IMG/VR virus record: IMGVR_UViG_3300037194_000008
Location: 1-55,084 of that record
Reading direction: 5' to 3' (one strand)
DNA length: 55,084 nt
From: a virus
Lineage: Duplodnaviria; Caudoviricetes
Shown here piece by piece: positions 35,151 through 44,263 of the stretch; positions within the stretch are counted from its first letter, which is position 1; every line of letters begins with the position of its first letter. The notes beneath the pieces were generated by a model that saw only the letters and a program-made list of their open reading frames with translations, did not search any database and was not told the DNA's origin. Both the position numbers and the translations under genes were made by a program.

Positions 35151-36673
35151 CGCCAGACTCCCGTCCAATCCTCGGTGTAGTTGACCGCCTCCTGCGGAGC
35201 ACCCGATGGGTTGTCGTACAGCTGGCGCCCGAAGAAGTCGAGCTCCTTGGTGGCCTGGACCGCATAGCGGTAGGCGTCCATCATGTGCGAGTACTTGTCG
35301 TGCAGCGGCTTGCTGGTCCATTCCTGGAGCTTGGTGTTGAACTCGTACTTGTAGTTCTCCAGGCACTCCAGGAACCACTGGCAGTTGCCAGGATCGACGG
35401 CGCTGCCCGGGATCAGGAGGCCCGACTCGAGCTCGATGTCCGCCTCTGGGTTGGCGTGGATGATCGTGTTGTACAGATTCATCCGACCCTGCTGGATGTC
35501 CGTGATCAGATCGAAGTCTCCCTGCCGAGAGCCGGGGATCTTCCAGACCTTGTTGCTCTTGGCCAGCACGGCGACGTTGGGGAACTTCTTCCTCATCATG
35601 TCGGCCGGCGTGGTGTTGACCGCCTTCTCGTGGTGGTCGCCATCCCAGGGCAGGATCATCAGGGCCACCCGGTTGAACCAGTGCTTCTCGCGCAGCAGGT
35701 CCACGTACTCGGGCAGCGCACGCCCGTGGCCCTCGCCGCAGTCGTAGATGAACATGCGGTTGTTGAACCACTGGAAGGCGATCCAGGCTGTGGCGTCCGA
35801 GTGGATGCCGGAGGCGCCGATGTCGAACACCACGTAGACCGGGTAGTCGGGGTGGAGGTTGAAGATGTGCGCGCGCTTGTCCGCGAGCAGCTGCATGTAC
35901 GCCTCGCCGTAGACAGCCGCGGCGTCCATCTCCTCGAACGAGCAGTGGTACTCCTGCTCGAACATGCGGTCGTTGCCGAACCGCTTCAGGTACGTGTGGC
36001 GCAGGCGCTCGAGCTCAGCCTCGGTGAGCACCGGCGGCAGGCCGTGCTCCTTCATCATGGCGTTGATGTCGTCGATGGTCCGGATGATGACCTGGGCCTC
36101 GGGGTTGTGCTTGACCGACTCCATCAGCTGCCACAGCGGGTTCTTCCGCCGGCCACGCGGAGTGCTCACGGCCATCAGCCGCTTCTTCTCAGCTCGGTTC
36201 TCGAGGATGGGGAGCAGACGCGGGATCGGGTCTTCCTTGGAGAACAGCGCGAGCTCGGTGATCGTGTAGTCCTGGAAGGACGTGCCGACACCGGACTTGT
36301 CCTGGCCGCTCTGGAAGTAGCCCTGGAGCTTGAGCCGGCTCTTGTTCGAGAAGCGGCCCTCCATGACGGTGGCTTTCCAGTCGACGAGCTCGGGCGGCAC
36401 GTTGTCCTGCAGGCCCTGGATGTACTGCTGGGTCACCGGGTCGATGTAGGTCTTGTCCCAGAGGATGTCCCGGATCATCGGGTTGTTCAGGCTGATGTAG
36501 ACGCCTGTGGTCTTGGGCGTGCGGAGGCGGGCCTCGCACTGCTCCATGGATGCTGCGACGTCCTTGCCCGTCTGGCGTGGCAGGACGGCAATGCCGTACC
36601 TCTTCGAGCGCCACATCTGGTGGAGCTCGGCTTGGTAGGGCCGTGGCCGATAGTAAACCGGGAAGACGGCCAC
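35147..36673 (-). CDS. terL: Terminase large subunit
   Basis: PRPYQ, RQTGKD (Walker A), TITE (Walker B), STPRG, FEQEY, nuclease FDIG...DATA, HMMDAYRY. Confidence 0.9.
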   Translation of the reverse strand: MAVFPVYYRPRPYQAELHQMWRSKRYGIAVLPRQTGKDVAASMEQCEARLRTPKTTGVYISLNNPMIRDILWDKTYIDPVTQQYIQGLQDNVPPELVDWKATVMEGRFSNKSRLKLQGYFQSGQDKSGVGTSFQDYTITELALFSKEDPIPRLLPILENRAEKKRLMAVSTPRGRRKNPLWQLMESVKHNPEAQVIIRTIDDINAMMKEHGLPPVLTEAELERLRHTYLKRFGNDRMFEQEYHCSFEEMDAAAVYGEAYMQLLADKRAHIFNLHPDYPVYVVFDIGASGIHSDATAWIAFQWFNNRMFIYDCGEGHGRALPEYVDLLREKHWFNRVALMILPWDGDHHEKAVNTTPADMMRKKFPNVAVLAKSNKVWKIPGSRQGDFDLITDIQQGRMNLYNTIIHANPEADIELESGLLIPGSAVDPGNCQWFLECLENYKYEFNTKLQEWTSKPLHDKYSHMMDAYRYAVQATKELDFFGRQLYDNPSGAPQEAVNYTEDWTGVWR

Positions 36674-36688
36674 GGTCCTACCTCCTTG

Positions 36689-36793
36689 TTACTCGGGTTC
36701 GCCGTCCGTCTTGTCGTCCGCGCCATTGAGCTCGCGGAAGAGACGGGCAACCTTGGTCAGATACGCCTGACCCTCTTCGCTGATCTCAGCCAT
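36689..36793 (-). CDS. Small hypothetical protein (34 aa)
   Basis: GGAGG RBS; MAEISEEGQAYLTKVARLFRELNG... Confidence 0.55.
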   Translation of the reverse strand: MAEISEEGQAYLTKVARLFRELNGADDKTDGEPE

Positions 36794-36801
36794 GGTTCCT
36801 C

Positions 36802-37029
36802 CTACTTGAGTGTTCCCATGAATCCTAGCGACAGTCGACGCTGAAGACCGTGAATCATGGCCAACTGCGCTTCCTCAGGGATGCTGGCGCTGAGCTCGTG
36901 GGCCTGCACCAGGAGATCGCGCATGGCCACCAGCTCGGCCCGAGTCTCGACGAGCTCGGTGCGGAGCTTGATGACATCGCGCTTCGCCTGGCGCTCCTCC
37001 TTGGAGGCCTGGGACATTGGCTTGCTCAT
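36802..37029 (-). CDS. Hypothetical coiled-coil protein (75 aa)
   Basis: ATG 37029; heptad pattern. Confidence 0.65.
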   Translation of the reverse strand: MSKPMSQASKEERQAKRDVIKLRTELVETRAELVAMRDLLVQAHELSASIPEEAQLAMIHGLQRRLSLGFMGTLK

Positions 37030-37100
37030 CGCTTCACCTTGATGTCCTGGCACCCGCAGGTGGACTGGTTGCACTTGCACGCACACGTTGCTGGGCACAT
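37026..37100 (-). CDS. Cys-rich, metallothionein-like mini-protein (24 aa)
   Basis: MCPATCACKCNQSTCGCQDIKVKR; starts just after the upstream stop (TGAcATG) and overlaps the next start (ATGA). Confidence 0.55.
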   Translation of the reverse strand: MCPATCACKCNQSTCGCQDIKVKR

Positions 37101-37101
37101 G

Positions 37102-38172
37102 TCAGATCCTGATGTTCTCGTAGCCCTTGCCGATGGTGCCGAACAGGGTGGAGTAGTCCTCCTCCTGTGAGGCGGCACCGGCCTTGGAGACGACGCCGGC
37201 CTGCGGCGGGTCCTCCTTCGGCTTCGGCTCTGTCGTCTTGTCGTCGTCCGGCTTCGGCTCGTCGGCCTTGGGCGCGGGCTTGGCTGCCCGGTCCGCTGCC
37301 ACCTGCGCACGGATGTTGTTGACCAGGCCCTGGACTGGGATCGACCAGCCGTGGAGCTTGCCTTCGACCCGCATCTCGTACGGCTGTGCCATCTTGACGA
37401 AGGCATCGGCCAGCTCCTTGTCGAAGGTGGCTGAGCCGGGCACGAGATCCGGGTTGTTTTGGAACAGCTCGAGGCTGGCATGCGCCGTCTCGAACAGCGC
37501 CGAGTTCTCTTCGATCGCCTTGGTCGCACGAGACGAGACCTCTTCGACGAGGAGCTGCTTCGTGGCGTCCTGCCATTCCTTGGCGTCCGCGGAGTCCTTG
37601 AGCCGCTCCATCCCCTTGCCCGTGGTGCTGGGTACCTCGACACCGACGAGCATCCGGGGGTGGAGCTCGATGGCCTCGAAGTGCTTGGGGAATTCCTTGC
37701 GGACCTCGTCGAGTGCGTCGTCCTTGAAGGACTTGGTCACCTTCTCCTCGAAGGCCGTGCTCAGTTCCCCGAGCTCGGTCTTCAGCTGGGTAGCGTCCTT
37801 CGTCCAGTTCTCAGGTCGGTCTCCACCGGCACCCGCATCTCCAGCCGCCTGTGATCCGACTGATTCTCCGGTGTCACCGGCAGCCCCCTCAGCCGGTACC
37901 TCCGGCTTTCCGTCCTCTCCTGCAGCCGGTGCTCCAGCATCTGCTGGCTTTGGCTCAGTTCCTTCAGGAGCAGCAGCTGCCGATCCTGTTGCACCAGCAT
38001 CAGCTGCAGCCGCAGCTCCTCCCTCGGCAGCCTTCTCGTCACCCTCTTCAGCGACCAGCGTGTCCATGAGAGCAGCAAACGCTGCGTCACCCTGAGGCGG
38101 AAGAACGATGGCGTCCTTGTCGTCGTCCGCTGCCGGAGGCGCGTCAGTTGCAGCCGGAGCGTCCCCACTCAC
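37102..38172 (-). CDS. Probable capsid scaffolding protein
   Basis: 356 aa; acidic disordered N-terminus, helical core, Pro/Lys linker, short terminal helix; function inferred from composition. Confidence 0.5.
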   Translation of the reverse strand: MSGDAPAATDAPPAADDDKDAIVLPPQGDAAFAALMDTLVAEEGDEKAAEGGAAAAADAGATGSAAAAPEGTEPKPADAGAPAAGEDGKPEVPAEGAAGDTGESVGSQAAGDAGAGGDRPENWTKDATQLKTELGELSTAFEEKVTKSFKDDALDEVRKEFPKHFEAIELHPRMLVGVEVPSTTGKGMERLKDSADAKEWQDATKQLLVEEVSSRATKAIEENSALFETAHASLELFQNNPDLVPGSATFDKELADAFVKMAQPYEMRVEGKLHGWSIPVQGLVNNIRAQVAADRAAKPAPKADEPKPDDDKTTEPKPKEDPPQAGVVSKAGAASQEEDYSTLFGTIGKGYENIRI

Positions 38173-38831
38173 CGGTCACCCCTGAATTCCTGGAGCGCCT
38201 CCTGGAGCTCGAGCTGATCGTCCTCGGTGAAGACGAACCCGATCTGGTCGAGGAAGTTCACCAGGCCGGTCTGGCTGAAGAACATCTTGTGGACCTCGGA
38301 GATCGCCGCGAGTTCGATGTGGGCATGCTTGTGGGTGCAGTCCCAGTCGAGCTCCCACTGCAGAATCGCCTGCTGCCAGAGCAACAGGAGGTTCTTGTAG
38401 ACGTCGGCGTTTTGCTCCCGGTCGGCCTCGGCATCGAGGTGCGACAGCGGGTCGTTGTCCGGCGTGCGAGCGGCTTCGATCTCCGCCTCGAGGATCGCGC
38501 TGAGCTCAGCGATCTTGCCGAAGTACCGATCCCGGTAGACCTCCATCTCCTGGACCGAGATGGCCGGCCAGGTCGACGTGACCCGGGAAGCCCACTGCGG
38601 CTGGACGCGCTTGATGGCCTCGTCCTTGGCCGGAGCGATCACTTCGCGCCACACCTGCAGAAGCGTGTGGTAGGTCGGAGGCTCGGCGAGCAGCTTGGCC
38701 AGATCGTTCTGGTCCTGCTCGGTGAACTCGGTGCTCTCCTCGACCAGCCTCAGCGGAGCCGCTGTTGCTTCGGCGGTGGGGGCAGCGACAGTCGCGTTGC
38801 CCTCGTCGTCGGTGATGATGTCATCGGACAT
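38169..38831 (-). CDS. Hypothetical acidic protein (220 aa)
   Basis: ATG 38831 after GAGGGG; overlaps neighbours. Confidence 0.75.
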   Translation of the reverse strand: MSDDIITDDEGNATVAAPTAEATAAPLRLVEESTEFTEQDQNDLAKLLAEPPTYHTLLQVWREVIAPAKDEAIKRVQPQWASRVTSTWPAISVQEMEVYRDRYFGKIAELSAILEAEIEAARTPDNDPLSHLDAEADREQNADVYKNLLLLWQQAILQWELDWDCTHKHAHIELAAISEVHKMFFSQTGLVNFLDQIGFVFTEDDQLELQEALQEFRGDR

Positions 38832-39579
38832 TTGGGATTCCCCTCGCTGCGAGCATGCGCTCGCGATCTTCATCTTCGATCGCCTGGATGACGGATCGGA
38901 TGTCGTAGCACAGCACGTTCTCGACGTACTTGCGCTTGACCTGCCACGGCACCCGCTCGGGTCCACCGTAGAAGTTGTTGACCTCGAAGAAGTCGAAGCC
39001 CTCGGACCCGTTGTAGCAGACCACCTTGAAGGGGAACCGCGGGTCCTTGTAGATGCCGACCTGGTAGGACGGCAGTGTGATGCGGACTTCCGAAGGCCGG
39101 CTCTCTGAGCCAGCCACTTCGAACTCCTCGACGTAGTCGCCGTTCTGGGTCGTGACCTTCTTCACGCCCGGGTCGTTGTAGCGCAGCACGCGCCGGCCAC
39201 GAGGCTTGGCGAAGCTCGGCTTCGTCACTTCCTCCTGGTACCAGATGCGGCCGGTCTCCGGGTCTGTCCGGATCGGCTCGTCATCGGCGAGCGTGTTGAG
39301 TCGCTGACCCGCCACCTCGTTGGGATCTCGAGGTGCGACGGGCGGTGGCCGGCGCGTCGGACCCTTGTCGACCGGAGGGACCGAAGAGGACGCCTGAGAC
39401 GATGTGGGTCGCGGCGCCCTCTCCGGAGCCGGAGGTGTGGGTGCGGCTACTGGCTGTTCAGGCTGCTTGAAGCGGCGGTCATACTCACGCTGCAGGTCTT
39501 CGCCCTTGAGGTTGACGTACGGGGCATCGAACTCGAACCCGTCTTCCTTGAGCGCCTGGTAGAGCTCGTGCTTCTTCAT
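38821..39579 (-). CDS. Hypothetical protein (252 aa), first gene of the scaffold/terminase operon
   Basis: ATG 39579 after TAAGGA; Pro-rich linker. Confidence 0.75.
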   Translation of the reverse strand: MKKHELYQALKEDGFEFDAPYVNLKGEDLQREYDRRFKQPEQPVAAPTPPAPERAPRPTSSQASSSVPPVDKGPTRRPPPVAPRDPNEVAGQRLNTLADDEPIRTDPETGRIWYQEEVTKPSFAKPRGRRVLRYNDPGVKKVTTQNGDYVEEFEVAGSESRPSEVRITLPSYQVGIYKDPRFPFKVVCYNGSEGFDFFEVNNFYGGPERVPWQVKRKYVENVLCYDIRSVIQAIEDEDRERMLAARGIPNVR

Positions 39580-39616
39580 GCTGGTCCTTAGGTGAGTCAG
39601 AACTTCGTTCTGCTGC

Positions 39617-39645
39617 AATGTAGCACCAACTGAAAGCTTTGACAT
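39617..39645 (-). promoter_or_regulatory. Candidate SigA-type promoter
   Basis: ATGTCA-17 nt-TACATT with extended -10 TG, about 40 nt upstream of ATG 39579. Confidence 0.4.
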
Positions 39646-39694
39646 CAGATGCCGGCACATGGGGCGTGTCGGTTGAGCGGCGCGGTTCGGGGGC

Positions 39695-39906
39695 ATGTAG
39701 TCACCCCCGAGGGTGACTGCGCTCTGGCCCTGGAACCGCAGCAAAAAATTCAGCTGTAGTCATGCAGTCACCCCAAAGCCGGTAACCCCTGTCACTACTC
39801 ATCTATTTTTGAGGGTGACTGCTGACTACATCAACGATTTTCCCTGGAATGGCAGGGCAAAACCGCAGTCACCCCCGCCCTGACTGCAGGGTGACTGCAT
39901 GACTGC
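39695..39906. repeat. Palindromic cassette, copy B
   Basis: Collinear homolog of 17038-17239, same orientation. Confidence 0.9.
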
Positions 39907-39926
39907 GCGCAATTCGCGCGTAATTC

Positions 39927-42900
39927 CTACGGCCGCCGCGGGTCGTTGGTCGGGATCGGCACGCCGTTGTCGGTCGTGCGCATGTTCCAGTTCTCACTGG
40001 CCCTGCCGTACTCGAACGTCTCGACCGAACCGTTCTCGAAGCCCGTGTTGACGCTGACCGGCGTGTAGCGGTACTGCAGCAGGTTGACCTGACCCTCGCT
40101 GTGCAGCACCGTCTCGTCGTCCTCGTCGAGCACCGAGCCTGCGTAGGTGTACCACTGCTGCATCTGCCGGCGGACGAGCAGCTGATCCTCGAGATCGAAC
40201 GGCAGATTGTGCAGCAGGTCCGGATCGTTGAAGTCCCGGGTCAGCTTGTTCTTGTCGATGGCCTTGCCGTTGATGTCCCAGCCTCGGATGCCCCAGCGCA
40301 TGGTGCCGCGGAAGTTCCCGAGGCTCATGCCCACCTGCTGCAGGTTGCACCAAGCGTCGTGAGCTCGGTTCGCTCCCTGGGTGTTGGTCTCGAAGTACCA
40401 CGGGATGTAGCGGCTCTTGATCTTGTCGTCGTCATCCCGGTCGACGTACTCGTCATCGCTGGCTTCCGGGTCCAGGTAGAACAGGCCCTGCTCGGTGATG
40501 ACGCTCATGTAGACCTGGCCGTTGAACTCGATCTTGCGCAAGCTGACGGCCGGGATCAGGAAGCGGGACCAGGTGCCGCCCTCGCTGCCGGCGTCATGCA
40601 CCCAGATCTCGTTGCCGTTGCAACCCTCCGGCACCTGCTCCCCGTCCGGGTTGTTCACGACGTAGTAGATCCGCTTGTCCAGCTGCGAGCTGACGATCTT
40701 GCCCTTCTGCTGCAGCTGCACCCACTTGTTCTCGATCTGGTCGGTGATCGACTTGTGGTTGATGTTGTAGTTCGTCGCCGTGCTCTTCATGAGCTGGTCG
40801 TCGAGCGGGTGGTACAGCGCGTTGTTGAAGACCTCGACACCGTACGGGCTCACCGTGCCAGGTGTGGCCGTGGTCTCCTCGAAGCCCATGATCGGCGTTG
40901 CGTCCGACTGGCTGGTCACCTCTGCCGGCGCCATGTAGAAGCCGGTGCTGTGCCCATCTGTACCGACGCACAGGATCGTCAAGGTGTCCACAGACTGTGG
41001 GTTCTGCCAGAGCTTGACGACCGCCGGGATGTAGAGGTTGCCGAAGGTGAGCGTCTTGTAGCCGCCGCCTCGGCTGGCGGTGAAGTTGGTGTAGTCGCCC
41101 TGGAAGTTGGACGACCACCGGATCACCGCGGCAGCGAGCGGGTCCTTCACGATGATCATGCGATCGGCAGCGACCAGGCCCTGGCCACCGTGGCTCGGGT
41201 TCGAGTAGTTGTACCGGGTAGTCAGCGCCGGCAGGGGCGCCACATCCTCGGGCGTGATGAGCTCAGGGGTGATCCGAGCCCAGCCGCTGGTGTCGTACAG
41301 CGAGCTCGAGGAGAGCTCCTTGTGCGCCACCTTGATGGCCGTCGCCGGCACGGCAGCCTGGTCCGACCAGGTGAACACGTACAGGTTCCAGCCGGTGGCC
41401 TCGGCAGCGATGGCCGCATCGAACACAGCCTCGGGCATGTAGGCCACGAGCTGGTCGGCGCAGGCGTTCGGGTCAGACGTCGCACCGCCGGCGGGCGTCA
41501 GCCAGAGCCACTCCTCCCACGTCCGCTGCACCCGCACCACGGTGGCCTGCGAGGGCGCGCTCTCACCGACCTGGTTCTCGAAGGTGTAGAAGAAGCCGAA
41601 GCTGACGTCGTTGAGGTTGGGCGTGCCGTCCGAGATCAGCGTGGCATCGCCAGGCGTGGCCGCGGTGGGCGGCAGCGTCTGAGTGCCGGCGTACGTGCGG
41701 TGCTCCGACGTGCTGTTGTTCTGGTCACCAGACCAGATGTAGACCTCGGTGGTGGTGTCATCGCCGTCACCGTCGAAGTAGTCCGGCAGAGCGCCGACTC
41801 CGTAAGCGGCAATGCCCTCGTCGAGGAACACCGACTCGCCACGGTCGAGGCTGTAGACAATCGGGATGGCGATGGCCCGGGTCGCGCCGGCCGGCGCCGC
41901 CGCCGAGTGGGAGACACGGACCCAGGCATCTTCGGTCAGGGCAGTGGCTGCACCAGCTGCGCTCTGCGAGATGAAGGTGCCCGCTGCGTCGTACCAGTTG
42001 ATGACGACTCGAGCGGTCGAGCCAGCCTGGTTGGCATAGAACTCGAACGCCGCATAGACCGTGGCCAGCGCAGTGACCGAGATCTTCGGCGACTGGTAGA
42101 TGTAGGCGTCCACCGGCGGGTGGTAGTACGACTCACTCTTCTCCGCCGTCCCGGCCCAGAAGTAGTTGGCTCCAGAGTCCCCGGAGAAGAACGTCTTCGA
42201 CTCGGTCGACTTGCAGAAGATGATGTTGCGGAAGAGGATCGCCTGGCCACCCACGCCCTGAGCTGTGGCCTTGCCACCGAGCAGCACCTTGGCGTACGTG
42301 GCGCCAGCAGGGCTGGTGAAGACCGATGAGGTCTTGACGCCTGTGCCGACCGCGAAGTCCTGGGCGAAGGACTTGTTCGCCATGTACTTGCCGGTCGAGT
42401 CGTAGAACAGGACCTGCAGGCGCGGTGCCATCTTCGTGTAGCCGGTGACGTTGAAGGACACCTGGTACTTGGTGCTGGGCTTGATCACCGCCGACTTGTT
42501 GGCGTACGCCATGCCGATGCTGCCGACGGGAGCGTTGGGCGCGTTGACTTCGATCGTGTCGCCGGAGACCTCGCGCTTCCACCCTGCTGAGTTGGTGACA
42601 ATGCCCCAGTCGCCCAGCACCGGCGTGCCTCCAGTGGGCAGTGGCCGCGGCTGCAGGTTGGTCCGGGTCGGCGTGCCCTCGAGCTTCATCGAGGTCGTGC
42701 CGCTCTTGAAGGTGGTGGACTCCAGCGCATGGGCCGAGAGGCTGCCGTCTGTCCACGCGCCGGCATTGGTCATGGCCGGATCGGTGATCCGGTTGAAGAC
42801 GGTGCTGAGCAGGCTGCCCGTGATCCACGTCGAGTTGGGGTGCACGACGGTGAGCTTGTCCGTGGCGTCCCAGTTCGGGCGTTCGATCGAGATGATCTTC

Positions 42901-43469
42901 CTGGCCACCTTGGGCAGGCCGACCTCGAACAGGCGCATGGACTCGCCGGCGTTCGACAGCGCGAAGATCTTGTTGTCGATCTGCAGGTACTTGACGTAGG
43001 TGGTCTTCTGCTCACCGTTGTCGTCAGCCGGGAAGTTCAGCGTCGCCTCGGTCTGAGGAATGTCGAAGCCGATCTCCGGGTCGGTCAGGGCATAGACCAG
43101 GGAGCCCTCACTCTTGGGGACCAGCACTCGGAAGCCGACGCTGTTGTCATCCTCGAGCACGGCGAACAGGTAGGCCTTGTCGCCGTTGTCCAGATAGAAC
43201 GCCTCGTGCGTGCCGACCGGAGTCTCCACGATGCCGACACCTTCGGCGAACGGATCGTCGACCGGCAGCGTCTCGTAGCTCAGGTACCTCAACCCGGGCC
43301 GGATGCGTGCCGAGCCGTCCTTGTTGATCAGGACGTTCTCCATGCGACGCAGCGACGTCGGGTCGGACAGGCCAGGAGGGTACGCCGTGGACCATCCGGT
43401 GAACTCGCGCAGGTAAGCGCGGCTCAGCGGACGGTCAATGGGTGCCGGGATCTTGGCCTTGGGAGGCAT
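39927..43469 (-). CDS. Tail protein (nozzle/tubular protein B-like) with inserted carbohydrate-binding-like domains
   Basis: 1180 aa, beta-rich; two related segments (FYDSTGKYM...SPAGATYA and WYDAAGTFIS...APAGATRA); follows an adaptor-sized gene. Confidence 0.65.
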   Translation of the reverse strand: MPPKAKIPAPIDRPLSRAYLREFTGWSTAYPPGLSDPTSLRRMENVLINKDGSARIRPGLRYLSYETLPVDDPFAEGVGIVETPVGTHEAFYLDNGDKAYLFAVLEDDNSVGFRVLVPKSEGSLVYALTDPEIGFDIPQTEATLNFPADDNGEQKTTYVKYLQIDNKIFALSNAGESMRLFEVGLPKVARKIISIERPNWDATDKLTVVHPNSTWITGSLLSTVFNRITDPAMTNAGAWTDGSLSAHALESTTFKSGTTSMKLEGTPTRTNLQPRPLPTGGTPVLGDWGIVTNSAGWKREVSGDTIEVNAPNAPVGSIGMAYANKSAVIKPSTKYQVSFNVTGYTKMAPRLQVLFYDSTGKYMANKSFAQDFAVGTGVKTSSVFTSPAGATYAKVLLGGKATAQGVGGQAILFRNIIFCKSTESKTFFSGDSGANYFWAGTAEKSESYYHPPVDAYIYQSPKISVTALATVYAAFEFYANQAGSTARVVINWYDAAGTFISQSAAGAATALTEDAWVRVSHSAAAPAGATRAIAIPIVYSLDRGESVFLDEGIAAYGVGALPDYFDGDGDDTTTEVYIWSGDQNNSTSEHRTYAGTQTLPPTAATPGDATLISDGTPNLNDVSFGFFYTFENQVGESAPSQATVVRVQRTWEEWLWLTPAGGATSDPNACADQLVAYMPEAVFDAAIAAEATGWNLYVFTWSDQAAVPATAIKVAHKELSSSSLYDTSGWARITPELITPEDVAPLPALTTRYNYSNPSHGGQGLVAADRMIIVKDPLAAAVIRWSSNFQGDYTNFTASRGGGYKTLTFGNLYIPAVVKLWQNPQSVDTLTILCVGTDGHSTGFYMAPAEVTSQSDATPIMGFEETTATPGTVSPYGVEVFNNALYHPLDDQLMKSTATNYNINHKSITDQIENKWVQLQQKGKIVSSQLDKRIYYVVNNPDGEQVPEGCNGNEIWVHDAGSEGGTWSRFLIPAVSLRKIEFNGQVYMSVITEQGLFYLDPEASDDEYVDRDDDDKIKSRYIPWYFETNTQGANRAHDAWCNLQQVGMSLGNFRGTMRWGIRGWDINGKAIDKNKLTRDFNDPDLLHNLPFDLEDQLLVRRQMQQWYTYAGSVLDEDDETVLHSEGQVNLLQYRYTPVSVNTGFENGSVETFEYGRASENWNMRTTDNGVPIPTNDPRRP

Positions 43470-43471
43470 GG

Positions 43472-44263
43472 CTACCGCCGTTCGTCAGAGTGGGGGTGCC
43501 AGTGCGGAGTGAGGTCGTTGTCGTAGATCCCGCTCTGGACCGGGACGAAGAACTCGTTGAGGAACGGCGAGTCGGTCATGCGCTCGTCCCTCTCTGAGAT
43601 CTGGTAGAAGAGGTCCTTGAACTGGGCCTCCAGCGTCTGGACTCGCGGCTGCATCACCGGATCGGTCTGAGCGTAGTAGTACGCCGCCCGCAGCGTGATC
43701 AGGTCCGGGTAGGCGAAGTCAACGAGCTGGCCGCGGATCGCGTCCGATACCTCGACGAGGTCCTCTTCCTCGTTCTCGGGCTGCTGTGGCAGGCGGAACA
43801 TCTTCGGCTCTCGCATGACGGGAACCTGGATGTCGTACCCAGCCTCTGCCAACCGGAGCGGGCGAGAGAACGTGAGGATGTTGCGGGTGTACGACACCCA
43901 CAGGCCGCCGCGCTTGGGGTACTTGTGGATGGCGTCGCGCGGCAGGTAGTAGGCCCACCGGACGGTGTCGCCATCGGAATTGACCAGGCGGACCGCGTCG
44001 TCGTTGATGACCCTCGGCCGGACGCTGGACGTGAGCATGACCTCGCGCAGGCCCTCGGACGACTGGCCGACCGTCTCGAAGTCGGAGTAGTACGACCACT
44101 CCTTCTCGAGCGCGTTGGCCCGCAGCGCGCGATTCAGCTGGCGCGTGATCGACTGGTATCGGTCGAGCTCAGGTGCGTACTCGAGATCCAGGCCGGTGAG
44201 CAGACCGAGAACCTCGGCCACCGCATCGTCCAGGGTCATCCTGGTTTCCGGGTTGGTGCTCAT
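43472..44263 (-). CDS. Probable head-tail adaptor (tubular protein A-like)
   Basis: 263 aa; MTL...V...L, LNRA...W pattern and position before the large tail protein. Confidence 0.55.
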   Translation of the reverse strand: MSTNPETRMTLDDAVAEVLGLLTGLDLEYAPELDRYQSITRQLNRALRANALEKEWSYYSDFETVGQSSEGLREVMLTSSVRPRVINDDAVRLVNSDGDTVRWAYYLPRDAIHKYPKRGGLWVSYTRNILTFSRPLRLAEAGYDIQVPVMREPKMFRLPQQPENEEEDLVEVSDAIRGQLVDFAYPDLITLRAAYYYAQTDPVMQPRVQTLEAQFKDLFYQISERDERMTDSPFLNEFFVPVQSGIYDNDLTPHWHPHSDERR

